IMG/VR virus record: IMGVR_UViG_3300045973_000445
Coordinates: 1 to 64,000 of that record
DNA from: a virus
Length of the DNA stretch: 64,000 nucleotides
Reading direction: 5' to 3' (one strand)
Positions 28,891 through 38,864 of this stretch are shown in pieces. Each line of letters begins with the position of its first letter. Within the stretch, counting starts at the first letter, position 1. The translations under genes were made by a program, and so were the position numbers. The notes under the pieces were generated by a model, which saw nothing but the letters and a program-made list of their open reading frames with translations, made no database searches and was not told the DNA's origin.

Positions 28891-30516
28891 TTAAGCTATA
28901 TATTGAATTGTTACCCACCCCCTATTATAACTAGTTGCAGCAAATGCAGGATCATTAAAAATACCAGTATCAGATCTTAAAAGAATGAGATTGGTTGCAT
29001 TCACATACCAACAACCATTAGGAACTACAGCATTACCATGATCAAGAGGGAATCGAACTGAATCATCATCTCTTCTTATCAAAACTAGAACAGTTCTGAT
29101 CTTAGTCCAAGTTAAACCATGAGCAATTGCCTTAGTACCAGTACTATCCATATTCCAATCTCCTATCTCAACAACTACAGTTAATAGTAAACCCTGTTCA
29201 TCTTTTGAATACACATTAAGATTACCCCTTGAAGCAGCTGCATCAACATCACTTAGATTGGCACTTTTCAAACATCTTAAATTATGCTTAACATCTGCTG
29301 CTGTTGTTAAGTCTACGCCTAAATTTGAAGCTGCTGTGGCTGCATTCACATCACTTAAATTAGCACTCTTCAGACATCTTAAAGCAAGAGCTGCATCTAC
29401 TTGAGCTGTTGTATAGATAACTAGTTTTGCTAACCATGAACTAACTGTAATATTATCAGCCCCCACATTAGCCTTTCCAGATACATTTGTCATAGCATCT
29501 ATCTGAGCCATAGTATAAACACTTAATAAAGATCTCCATGTAGCAAGATTCCCAGCTGTTAAGTTTCCTCCATCTATTGCAGCTTTTCCAGAAAGATAAG
29601 AAGTAATCTGAGCCTGTGTGTATACACTTAATTTAGCTAACCATGAATTAACTGTAATATTATCAGCACCTATATTAGCCTTACTAGCATCTCCTACATT
29701 TATATTACTAATATTAAACCTGTAGTAATAACTCAGTCTCTTATCATAAAGTGTTACAGCAGCTCCGTTGCAATATACTCTCGCAATATAAAATTCTTCA
29801 TCTGTTGTAAGTCCAATTATAGGAGCTGTATCATTAACCTCTTCTGCTACAAACTCAATATTGCAACTATCGTATGAATACAAACCCGTAGATGTAATTG
29901 CAGCTACTGATGTATTTACAGAGAAAGCACCTAATACAACATATCTTAACTGTGTCTCTACCGTGAGATTCCCTGCGATGATTGCTGTATTATCTGAAAC
30001 AACGTTAACCACTTCATACGTCCCACTATTTGTTGCTGGGGTAAGTGTTCCGTCATCCGCCTGTGTGTAGAATTTTATTTTTACAGGAAACCCTGAAGAA
30101 CTACCTCTTAACACTTCTGTAAACAGTGTACTAGCACCGGAAATAGTACCATCTACGGCTATATTGACAAACCCAGGTTCATAATTATCATATCGATGAG
30201 AAATCTTCACCCAATACCATAAACTATCTGTAGGGACAGGTAAGTTATCAAAAGCTCTCTGATAAATCATAGCCCCATTCTTATCCAAAGCATAACTATC
30301 AGCTCCGATTTTAATAGTATTTGCATTCGTCCCAACCTCAACTTTAAAGGCTGTATCATTAGTTGTAGTTGTACCCTGTTGAAGAATCCCAAAAGATTGA
30401 GCATTACTCACAAATAAAAACAAAGCAGCATTATCATTGATAAAACTCATTAATCGATCCAATTCCTCTTTTTCTAAGAAACTGTCTCTATAAACGTTTA
30501 ACTTACCTTTTGACAT
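28891..30516 (-). CDS. tail fibre/baseplate protein with internal repeats
   Basis: KANxGADNITVxSWLAKLxxYTxAQ x2 plus a variant; LRCLKSANLSDVxAA x2. Confidence 0.75.
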   Translation of the reverse strand: MSKGKLNVYRDSFLEKEELDRLMSFINDNAALFLFVSNAQSFGILQQGTTTTNDTAFKVEVGTNANTIKIGADSYALDKNGAMIYQRAFDNLPVPTDSLWYWVKISHRYDNYEPGFVNIAVDGTISGASTLFTEVLRGSSSGFPVKIKFYTQADDGTLTPATNSGTYEVVNVVSDNTAIIAGNLTVETQLRYVVLGAFSVNTSVAAITSTGLYSYDSCNIEFVAEEVNDTAPIIGLTTDEEFYIARVYCNGAAVTLYDKRLSYYYRFNISNINVGDASKANIGADNITVNSWLAKLSVYTQAQITSYLSGKAAIDGGNLTAGNLATWRSLLSVYTMAQIDAMTNVSGKANVGADNITVSSWLAKLVIYTTAQVDAALALRCLKSANLSDVNAATAASNLGVDLTTAADVKHNLRCLKSANLSDVDAAASRGNLNVYSKDEQGLLLTVVVEIGDWNMDSTGTKAIAHGLTWTKIRTVLVLIRRDDDSVRFPLDHGNAVVPNGCWYVNATNLILLRSDTGIFNDPAFAATSYNRGWVTIQYIA

Positions 30517-30518
30517 AA

Positions 30519-32156
30519 TTATAAGAATTTTAATAGTGAAAATGAATTATATGGAATCAGCTGTTCATCAATGATCTTCTTTACTTGAGCATCACTGTAA
30601 TCAGCACTTCGATTTCGTAGATAACCTAATATAAAGTTTCTTGAAGAAAGTAAACCTCTTGAAAACCAGAGTGATGCTGGGCGTATCTTAATATCCCAAA
30701 TACTAACAATATCTCCTGTAGGAACACCCGTTGAATTTTCAACAATGATTAGGGGAATTAAGAATACTGTATTATAACGAGATCGGAGATTTTGTCCAAA
30801 CCCTATATTTAAAGTATCTCCTGTTACTAGAAGACTATCTGAAGCGTTTAATACCCCCCGAACCCAATACTCCGTGTTAAGTTTCTTTAATGCTAGTTTT
30901 GTAAAGAAACGATTATTAACTGTTCCGTCCGTAATTTGTGTAGCACTTACAGCTGTACCGTTCATGTCGTATAAAGCTACACCAAAAGATAAATCAGCAA
31001 TAAGTGATGTCTGTTTTAAAACTTTAAAACTGATCTCATAACTCAAAGATGGGTCAATAACTACAGCCTTTGCGAGATCAAACACGGATGAACCGATACC
31101 ACAACTCAAACCATCAGGAACATTCGCTATCTGTATTTTCTGATTGGGAACAGAAAGATAGGATTCTTCTATTAAAGGATATCTACTAATATCTACTACT
31201 TCACTATCATATTCATAGGCTTTTATCAAATTTTCAATGTTGTCTGCTCCGGTATATAAAGGAGAACTCTGCCCAATACACCATCCCAATTCAAATCTTG
31301 AAGTGGGAGCAACTAAACATTCATCTGTTAAATCTGTATTCAGTAATCGCACTAATTCCCCATCTACATCAGCATTTAACAAATCCACCCCAATACCCCC
31401 ACCATAGTATGTTGTATCAGCTGAAATATCAAAACTACCAAGTCCCCTACGATAAATTTCTTTTGTCCCTCTTAATTTAATCTCATTAATATAATTAGCA
31501 TATACATACAGAAGCTCCTCAATGTCTGGGTTATTTCTCATGTACACCCCTCTTCCCTTTACATATTCCCGCATCAAAGAGGTATTGGCTGCTATGTTTT
31601 CAAACCCACGAGCATAATAAACAAGTACAGCAAAAAAATGTGTAATAGAAAACCAAAAGGCTATATAGTCACTATCATCTTTTGAACCAGTATTTCTAGT
31701 AATATAATTCGGAATGATTCCATTCTTATAAAGTTTTTCCAAAACATTTAAAGCCCAGCCAAGAACAGATACGTTATTTGAAGTAAAGAACGGAGAAAAC
31801 ATTGAGCCTCCAAAAATAGGAAAGTCTAATGGAAGAAGTGTCCCAGCAATATCAACACTAGTAAACCCTATATCCGAACCGACTCCTATTCTCTTGTATC
31901 TATACTCTATAACAAAATAGTTTATCTTTTCAATGACAATATTCTGAATATTAAGAGTCGTTAATTCAATCCAATCTGTAAAAGTTAGACCTCCATTAAT
32001 AGAATATCTAAAAGTCTTTTGAAAATATGTAGTACCAGTTTCTCCTGTTGTAGCGTCTGAAAAAGAAGTCAAAGCTACAATCCCTACTATAGGAACATCG
32101 GTTTGAATACTTATAATATCCCCGTCTTCTGTTGCTCTGTTTTCAATTACTGCCAT
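30519..32156 (-). CDS. baseplate wedge/fibre-anchoring structural protein
   Basis: 545-aa ORF in the baseplate-fibre region; IKLRGT motif of gpI-like wedge proteins. Confidence 0.6.
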   Translation of the reverse strand: MAVIENRATEDGDIISIQTDVPIVGIVALTSFSDATTGETGTTYFQKTFRYSINGGLTFTDWIELTTLNIQNIVIEKINYFVIEYRYKRIGVGSDIGFTSVDIAGTLLPLDFPIFGGSMFSPFFTSNNVSVLGWALNVLEKLYKNGIIPNYITRNTGSKDDSDYIAFWFSITHFFAVLVYYARGFENIAANTSLMREYVKGRGVYMRNNPDIEELLYVYANYINEIKLRGTKEIYRRGLGSFDISADTTYYGGGIGVDLLNADVDGELVRLLNTDLTDECLVAPTSRFELGWCIGQSSPLYTGADNIENLIKAYEYDSEVVDISRYPLIEESYLSVPNQKIQIANVPDGLSCGIGSSVFDLAKAVVIDPSLSYEISFKVLKQTSLIADLSFGVALYDMNGTAVSATQITDGTVNNRFFTKLALKKLNTEYWVRGVLNASDSLLVTGDTLNIGFGQNLRSRYNTVFLIPLIIVENSTGVPTGDIVSIWDIKIRPASLWFSRGLLSSRNFILGYLRNRSADYSDAQVKKIIDEQLIPYNSFSLLKFL

Positions 32157-32157
32157 A

Positions 32158-32496
32158 CTACACTGCTTTTGTCATAACAACATACTGCCAATTTGCTCCA
32201 TCTGATTCAACCAAGTATACTAGTGTGGTTCCTGTTGTATCTGTTATAGTACACTTATACCCAGCACCAGCCACAACAGCAGTTATACCTATAATTGTAT
32301 TTAATTCTGCGTTTGTTGGAGCTCCGTCTGTTACAGCACCTGTTAAATACAATTGTACAGGCTGCCACTTCAAAGTTATTATGTTATATAGTTTTAATAC
32401 ATTAACTGTTGTATCATACCATAAAACATCTGTACGAATTGGAGCTGTAGTCTGACGAAATGTTCCTTTAACTAGTCCTAGATTCCTTGTTTCCAT
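32158..32496 (-). CDS. short fibre protein, paralogue of the N-terminus of 32502..33428
   Basis: NLGL.K..FRQ.TAP..TDVLWYDT alignable over its whole length; ATG at 32496. Confidence 0.75.
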   Translation of the reverse strand: METRNLGLVKGTFRQTTAPIRTDVLWYDTTVNVLKLYNIITLKWQPVQLYLTGAVTDGAPTNAELNTIIGITAVVAGAGYKCTITDTTGTTLVYLVESDGANWQYVVMTKAV

Positions 32497-32501
32497 TATT
32501 C

Positions 32502-33428
32502 TTAATCTTTTACACAATGAACAGAAAAACCCATCGGTTTATCAAAATTACCTTGAGTAATATAGTCATAATACCCTAATATATAATAGGCACGAGCTTT
32601 TCCAACACTATATGAATCAGCACTCCACCATACACCATAATCACCTAAACTATTGAAAGCCCCATTATTACTTTGTCTTTGTCCTCCTGGTACTGCTGTA
32701 AACCCAGTTGAATTAGTTGCTCCATTATTAATACTCCAATGAGCTATTCCTACTTCTTTAAGTGATCCCCCACCATGTTCCCACCCACCCACAGAAGCAA
32801 TTAAAGCTTCCCAGTCAGCATTTGTAGCTACATGATATCCGGCAGGGGCTATTCCATGTGCATTATGAACAGCATACCAATTATACATCAGTCCATAAAC
32901 TTCAGCATAAACAGGGTCATTATTATAATAACAACAAGCTCCAGCAGTATCAGCATCCCAACTAGCATTAGATGTTAAAATTGGAATAGAAGTACCATCA
33001 GCATACTTCGTTGCTTTTAGTGGTTCAACTAGCCATGTCTGAGCACCTACTATTACTTTATTATATTCATTCCCATTAGCATCTGTAACACCTACATTCT
33101 TTATACTTACTCTGTAAAACCATGAAGTCCCGTCTGAAGTTATTTGATACAATAAACTATCTGTTGTATTTAAAATTGTTACTTGAAAACCAGCTCCAAC
33201 CTGTACAGGTGTTAAACCAATTACTGTTGTAATCTGAGCACTTGTTGGGGTCGTTGCTGTTAGTGTTCCTGATAGCTGTGAACGATATAGTACTGTCCAA
33301 GTAAGAGTCGGAATGTGAAAATACTTAAATACATTATTTATAGTATCATACCATAAAACATCAGTAACAGCAGGTGCTGTAGCCTGTCGAAATATTGTCT
33401 TTGTTAGTCCTAAATTACTTGATAACAT
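32502..33428 (-). CDS. receptor-binding protein with Fib_succ_major (C-type lectin fold) domain
   Basis: DANGNEY..V.VGAQTWLVEPLK, YGLMYNWYAV, APAGYHV, GFTAVPGG, WWS, GFSVHCVKD. Confidence 0.85.
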   Translation of the reverse strand: MLSSNLGLTKTIFRQATAPAVTDVLWYDTINNVFKYFHIPTLTWTVLYRSQLSGTLTATTPTSAQITTVIGLTPVQVGAGFQVTILNTTDSLLYQITSDGTSWFYRVSIKNVGVTDANGNEYNKVIVGAQTWLVEPLKATKYADGTSIPILTSNASWDADTAGACCYYNNDPVYAEVYGLMYNWYAVHNAHGIAPAGYHVATNADWEALIASVGGWEHGGGSLKEVGIAHWSINNGATNSTGFTAVPGGQRQSNNGAFNSLGDYGVWWSADSYSVGKARAYYILGYYDYITQGNFDKPMGFSVHCVKD

Positions 33429-33440
33429 TCTTTCTAGTTT

Positions 33441-35105
33441 TTATATATCTCTCATACAGCGAATTGCTAAACCATAGTTCTTAGGGGCATTTTGAATTTC
33501 CGCAGAACCCCCATCATAACCAACCCTCCATTTTGCATTAAAACTATCCACTGATGTGCTTGACCAATGTAATCCTTCTTCTTTTAAAACAGCAAATGAC
33601 CCATCAAAATCAGTTCTTAAACCAGATCCTAACATTTTAAAACCATACAAATCACGACCATACGCTGATAGCCAGTGCACTGTTCCAGCTTCCTTAATAA
33701 CATTAATGTCAAAGTACAAACCACCTCCAATAGGAGTCATACCTATAAAATTCCACAAAATAGTCCAATCTGAATCACTTGGCACTCTCCATCCCGTAGG
33801 AGCTAGTCCATGAACATTATTTACTGCGTACCAATTATATAATGCTCCGTAGTCCGGTTTATTTGCTATATCGTTATTATACCATGCCCTAGCCCCAGTA
33901 ACATCACCAATCCACCCTATAGTAGTCCCAAGATCATTACATAGCTTAGCAGCACTTGTAGTGTGACCAGACTGACCAATAATAGCTAGAGTATTCAAAT
34001 TCCCATACACTGTCTGAGCTGTAGCTCCTATAAGAGTTGTATTTCTGTTTGACCAGATAGAATTAGCAACACTAGTTAATCTACATTCTACATATTTATA
34101 AGACAACCCACCCCCTAAGTCTGTTTTTTCAGTTATTATACCCCCCAACGGCCCAGTATCTCCTATAGAATATGCTCCATCTGCTATAAAATTCCTTACA
34201 GGTCGAACTTGAAGAGATGTGCTTTTTGCCACATCACTAAAAAGACCTGTATCAAAATTAACCTGATAGGCTGTTGTTGATGTACCTTCTGTTGACGACC
34301 AAAAAATACCAGTCATGCCTAGAGCAACTCTATTAGCATAAAGCCCATTTATTTCTTGGAAACTTGGCAAATACCACAAATTTCCATTTGCTTCAGTTAT
34401 ATTTGGTATTTTTGTACCATCTCTATATTTAGCTGTCTTTAGATTTTCTACAAGCCACTCTTGTGTACCTATTATTACAGAATGGTATTGATTTCCATCT
34501 ATATCAGTAACTGCTATAATATCTTGAGGAATAGCTAAAATAATATTTGAATCTATACTCGTTTGAATACCATCATAAGCTCGTACTCGATAATAATAAG
34601 GTACACTTTCTAACAAACCTGTTATGTTACAAAATAAAACATTACCTAATTCCAAATTTTGATACCCAACAATGAGAGTGTTAAAATGAGCATCTAAAGA
34701 GATATCGATATAATATTTTGTAGCTCTAGGAACAGCATTCCAATTAGCCTTAAAACCATCAATTACAACTATACTAGCTGGTACAGCAACAGGAGCTACT
34801 AAAACATCATTATAAATTAGATCTCCTACTCCATCTATTGAATACACAGTCGCATCTACATCAATTGCTATTAATTCTCCATAATCATTCAAAACAAAGC
34901 TCGTATTTGGTAAGTCATTTATTTGATACCCAAGCTCTCCTTCTGCAAAATTTACATCTCCAACATATCCCAACACATCTTTAATGAAAAAGATGAGAGA
35001 GGACAAAGTTGCAACCGCTTCATCCCTATATGAAGTGTATATATCAAGGAGGGTGTTACTAACACGAACTATAGTTGTTGTTGATATTTTCTTTGTTTCC
35101 GACAT
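33441..35105 (-). CDS. receptor-binding protein: FN3 + Fib_succ_major with nested DUF1566-like domain
   Basis: FN3 (FKANWNAV...YYYRVRAY), DIDGNQY..IGTQEWLVENLK, WYLPS..E...FWSSTE...VRPVR, YGALYNWYAV, GLAIRCMRD. Confidence 0.85.
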   Translation of the reverse strand: MSETKKISTTTIVRVSNTLLDIYTSYRDEAVATLSSLIFFIKDVLGYVGDVNFAEGELGYQINDLPNTSFVLNDYGELIAIDVDATVYSIDGVGDLIYNDVLVAPVAVPASIVVIDGFKANWNAVPRATKYYIDISLDAHFNTLIVGYQNLELGNVLFCNITGLLESVPYYYRVRAYDGIQTSIDSNIILAIPQDIIAVTDIDGNQYHSVIIGTQEWLVENLKTAKYRDGTKIPNITEANGNLWYLPSFQEINGLYANRVALGMTGIFWSSTEGTSTTAYQVNFDTGLFSDVAKSTSLQVRPVRNFIADGAYSIGDTGPLGGIITEKTDLGGGLSYKYVECRLTSVANSIWSNRNTTLIGATAQTVYGNLNTLAIIGQSGHTTSAAKLCNDLGTTIGWIGDVTGARAWYNNDIANKPDYGALYNWYAVNNVHGLAPTGWRVPSDSDWTILWNFIGMTPIGGGLYFDINVIKEAGTVHWLSAYGRDLYGFKMLGSGLRTDFDGSFAVLKEEGLHWSSTSVDSFNAKWRVGYDGGSAEIQNAPKNYGLAIRCMRDI

Positions 35106-35106
35106 A

Positions 35107-36285
35107 CTATACTATAGGATAAAATATAGGAACAAGGACTGCACTTTCAAATATTATAACTCCGTCGAGATCTCTCATAATGAACTTTTTGGTTCTTGGC
35201 AATCTTCCCAGTGGCACAGTGATATCATAGTGTGGATTGAAATAACCATCTGGAACATACCTTACTCCAGTTACACCCTTTACAATTCCTAATAAGTCTG
35301 ACCATGAGATTGTTTTAGACCAATCCCAATATCTATAATCGATGTAATTAGACATTGCTATCTGTATGTTTTTCCGCACCTCTATTGGATCGTAGTTATC
35401 CAATAACTGAACACGAAAATCTATCCCTGTGTCTGCTACTTCATCTCCACCTATTGCAAACCAGATAGGATTGATTAATGACAAACCTGTACTGTTTCCA
35501 TTTGGTGCAAGGTCAGATACTGCTAAGTAAGGCTCAATATAGTCTAACAAACTAGCCAATTCCGAAACAGTCAAATCTGCACCATTCTGAAGTAATACAG
35601 CAAGTATCTGTTTACCATTCTCATCAATACCATAGTTCAATACCCGCAAGACATCCGAATTAGATACTCTTAGAATCTCCGCAAAATAGGTTAGTGTTTT
35701 CTGTGCTGTTATATTTGGATGCTGTATTATTCTTAATCGGAAATCATCGTCTGACTCAGCATCTCGACCTCCCACGGCTGAGTATTCATTAACCACCCCT
35801 ATATGTCCTGTAGGTGCTGGAGTTACTTTTAAAATGGTCTGTGCATTTACATTAGTATTAACTCCAATTTCTATGCTACGTATCTTAGCATAACCATACC
35901 CACCCACCCCAACCGTAAAATCTTCAGTAAGTTCAAAGGTAATACCATTCTCTCCTGTAAACGTGTTTACTGATTGAGCATACACCGTCCCAGCCAATGC
36001 TCGAATAAGAATGTATGTAGAACTACCACTTGCCCCCAAGCGAACAGGAGCTCCAAACAGTGCTGCTACATTATCCAGGTACGTCCCATAGGCGTACTGA
36101 GGGAATATATGACTTTCAACTAAAGAAATATCCTTCATCGCTTTCTGGGCAGTCTTTGCAACCCCAAAGAATATAGCATTGATCACTGACTCATCAGATG
36201 CAGCTGTTACCCTTGTCGTTTTATTATAGAACAACTCGGCTATCAGCGACTTGAGTTTTTCTATAGTATATACTTTAGTTATCAT
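35107..36285 (-). CDS. baseplate J-like wedge protein
   Basis: AYGTYLDNVA, IGVNTNV, GGRDAESDDDFRLRI. Confidence 0.88.
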   Translation of the reverse strand: MITKVYTIEKLKSLIAELFYNKTTRVTAASDESVINAIFFGVAKTAQKAMKDISLVESHIFPQYAYGTYLDNVAALFGAPVRLGASGSSTYILIRALAGTVYAQSVNTFTGENGITFELTEDFTVGVGGYGYAKIRSIEIGVNTNVNAQTILKVTPAPTGHIGVVNEYSAVGGRDAESDDDFRLRIIQHPNITAQKTLTYFAEILRVSNSDVLRVLNYGIDENGKQILAVLLQNGADLTVSELASLLDYIEPYLAVSDLAPNGNSTGLSLINPIWFAIGGDEVADTGIDFRVQLLDNYDPIEVRKNIQIAMSNYIDYRYWDWSKTISWSDLLGIVKGVTGVRYVPDGYFNPHYDITVPLGRLPRTKKFIMRDLDGVIIFESAVLVPIFYPIV

Positions 36286-37199
36286 GGTTGTAATACTAAT
36301 TTTTCATCCAGTACATCATCTAATTTAGTTGTGATCTGCATATCTATAATAAGAGCCTCCCCCAGATGAGAAAATCCACTAACTGCAATAGCTTTATATC
36401 GATCATCTTTTTCAAAGACCAAAGATTGCTGCCTAAGTATCATAGGATACTGAATAGCATTCACATTACTACTTATCAGGTTTTTATCAATCCCATCTTG
36501 TGGAAACTCTGGGACACTCCCCTTTACTAATCCCAGCAATATTAGAGTTTGTTGATTGATATTATCCCGATAACCTAGTACAGCCAGATCATTGTTTTCA
36601 AAGTAGAAGTTACGATCTATGTCAAGACCATACAGCTTCTCCCCACTAATACTATCGATGACAGAGTTTACAAAATAGTTCAAGTTGTTTGTAAATGATA
36701 TCTTTAGTTTATTCCCACCTTCAAACGAGTAATCCTCTTCTTTGAGGTTATTGGTAATCGCTATTTGAGACCAGTCATTCGTAGCATCCCCTGATCCTAT
36801 TTCAGATGCTAGTTGCTCAAGGCTTTGTTGCTGACGCAATATAAAATCATTACTCACTGCATTACTCCGTAGCACGTTCTTTGTACTTCTGAGCCAGCGA
36901 CTGGAATTTACTATTGTAAGTAGCGTCACTTTTGTAGATTCAAAGAAGTCAAGCATCTCCCAAACCTCCACCGTAGTTGCACTCAGCCGATCCCCGTAGA
37001 CAAAGAACAAGTCATTTATCTGAGCCATACGACTCATCAGATCATTTACCTTTAGGATTGTATCTGATGTTAGAGGTGTGCCTGTTTGATAATAAGCAGA
37101 GATACTTTGATAATCAGATAGAACAAATGAGGAGAAGTCCTCAAAGTAACTCTGAATATCAAATCTGGTTATATTTTTAAAGGTATCAAAAATATTCAT
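36282..37199 (-). CDS. baseplate wedge protein (LysM-like + gp25-like)
   Basis: QSLEQLA..IG....W..IA..N; KGSVPEFPQDG; position before J. Confidence 0.65.
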   Translation of the reverse strand: MNIFDTFKNITRFDIQSYFEDFSSFVLSDYQSISAYYQTGTPLTSDTILKVNDLMSRMAQINDLFFVYGDRLSATTVEVWEMLDFFESTKVTLLTIVNSSRWLRSTKNVLRSNAVSNDFILRQQQSLEQLASEIGSGDATNDWSQIAITNNLKEEDYSFEGGNKLKISFTNNLNYFVNSVIDSISGEKLYGLDIDRNFYFENNDLAVLGYRDNINQQTLILLGLVKGSVPEFPQDGIDKNLISSNVNAIQYPMILRQQSLVFEKDDRYKAIAVSGFSHLGEALIIDMQITTKLDDVLDEKLVLQP

Positions 37200-37978
37200 A
37201 GCCTTCTTAATGTTCGAGATAAATAACTGACCACATCCTTTCCGGCCCTGTTAACAGCATTCTGAACTACATTAGCCTCAAAAAGATTCCTAAGAGAAGA
37301 CAAAGGAGTTATATTTTTTACTAATTCCAAAGGAGCTATAATGGTAAGATTCAAATTGTAATTCCAGATCATATTCATATTGGCATCATTCTGCTCTAGC
37401 GTCAATGCCTTAGTGGGAGCTACAACTAAGTAACTCTCCCCCAATGCAAAGTTGTACAGGTATAATCTATATGGGCCGTTTTGATCGCTCCCATCCGACT
37501 TCTGAATAATTGACTGTAATAGCTTAGTAGCTCCGTATCCTGTCTTCACAAATTGATTAAATTGCAGAGAAGGCATAGTTAATCCCTTGCCACTAAACAA
37601 ACCAAAAATACCATTCTTGACAGAGGATACAAAAGCGATCCCACTAAGTATCTCTTTAGGGCCAGCTAATATCTTAAATGCCCTACCGAAATTACCCCTG
37701 ATATTTATATCCTGTGGTGTATATGCTGTAGAGGTTAAAATCAGAGTTGATTTGAAAGCCTTCTTGATGTTAATCCTTTTATTCTCTGATTTGGTTATTG
37801 CCGAAGGTAGTATTGGAAATGCAAAGTAGTCAATAGTATCCCCTGCACCATCCACCAGTTCCAGTGCAATCATATAGTACTCGAAGTCTTTAGGATAGGT
37901 CTGATGTAGCAAAGATCTCCCTAGATCTTCTGCCAACTGGACTGCCCTACGATTAACCGTTGTTAAATCTAAACTCAA
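37196..37978 (-). CDS. baseplate/tube-initiator-like structural protein
   Basis: FPILPSAI, INIRGNFG, WNYNLNL tube-fold pattern; TTG start. Confidence 0.6.
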   Translation of the reverse strand: MSLDLTTVNRRAVQLAEDLGRSLLHQTYPKDFEYYMIALELVDGAGDTIDYFAFPILPSAITKSENKRINIKKAFKSTLILTSTAYTPQDINIRGNFGRAFKILAGPKEILSGIAFVSSVKNGIFGLFSGKGLTMPSLQFNQFVKTGYGATKLLQSIIQKSDGSDQNGPYRLYLYNFALGESYLVVAPTKALTLEQNDANMNMIWNYNLNLTIIAPLELVKNITPLSSLRNLFEANVVQNAVNRAGKDVVSYLSRTLRRL

Positions 37979-37985
37979 GTGCTAT

Positions 37986-38019
37986 ATTTTTTATAAAAAT
38001 AACTAATCTTTTTAAAAAT
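37986..38019. promoter_or_regulatory. 34-bp AT-rich double-palindrome element, copy 1
   Basis: 33/34 identical to 46919-46952; intergenic, upstream of a - strand gene. Confidence 0.6.
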
Positions 38020-38864
38020 CAATCTAGAAAAGACTCCGTGCTTTTGATATCCGTGTAGCTCCCCAAAGCCTTTCCGATTATAGCCGTTTTCAGGGCAAGC
38101 TGAAGGGCACTGGGCGCACCAGCTCCTGGTTCGGGTATAGCTGTCTCATTAAGGATAGTTACCAAAGCCTGAAGCAAGTCGTTTGTCTTATTGAGCTGTG
38201 TTTGCAGTTCATCCCCTTTAACCATCGCCTCTGATCCAGTATTGATCTTAAATGTATCTTCTACCTCCAGAGTAGCTGTTTTGGATTTCAAAGCCAGTGC
38301 TTCCTTAGCCTCTATGCTGACATCTTTACTAGATACAATCTTAAGGGTGTCATCCAGTTCTATATTGATGTTTCCATTACAGCGAAGATTAACAACAGCT
38401 GTCCTGTCTTTATTGGCTACTGATATATTAAGCTGGCTCAGTGATCCTCCGTTTACTGTTAAGTTTAACACCCCTGTCTTGGCATCTCCAGATACTGTAA
38501 CAGAACCATCTCCTAGGATTTCGGTGATCTTAAAAAATCCTTCCCGTAGCAACTGGGACTCATCCTCCTTTGAAAGCACCCCGATTACCATCGGAAGTCC
38601 ATTGTTTGGATCCATCAGGAACATCACACAGCTACCCAGCTTTTTATAATCTGCTGGGAACTCAATATCTCGAATAGCTGACTTTGTTATATAGCACTCA
38701 TGGCTTACTCCTCCTCCTTTTTCAATCAAGATCGATACCCTTTCCCAGCGATAGCACTGTTCTATAAAAGTAGCCCGATCTACATCTGATGGGAGTATGA
38801 TATAACCATACTGTAGTCCTCCATAGTACTGAGATGATTTTATGGGATGTGGTCTATTGTTCAT
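38019..38864 (-). CDS. baseplate central spike (gpV/gp138-like)
   Basis: OB-like N-terminus (PMVIGVL), beta-helix-like C-terminal half, EAMVKGD; downstream of the hub. Confidence 0.7.
   Translation of the reverse strand: MNNRPHPIKSSQYYGGLQYGYIILPSDVDRATFIEQCYRWERVSILIEKGGGVSHECYITKSAIRDIEFPADYKKLGSCVMFLMDPNNGLPMVIGVLSKEDESQLLREGFFKITEILGDGSVTVSGDAKTGVLNLTVNGGSLSQLNISVANKDRTAVVNLRCNGNINIELDDTLKIVSSKDVSIEAKEALALKSKTATLEVEDTFKINTGSEAMVKGDELQTQLNKTNDLLQALVTILNETAIPEPGAGAPSALQLALKTAIIGKALGSYTDIKSTESFLD

Noticed and set aside
32502-35105. Diversity-generating retroelement acting on the lectin-fold fibres
   Set aside because: Target-type domains are present, but I found no reverse transcriptase, Avd or A-mismatched template repeat here; one could lie outside the window.
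36620-36645. KLYGLDID in the wedge protein as a fifth YYGxxIG copy
   Set aside because: Lacks the IGx(D/E)L half and is better explained as part of the gp25-like domain.
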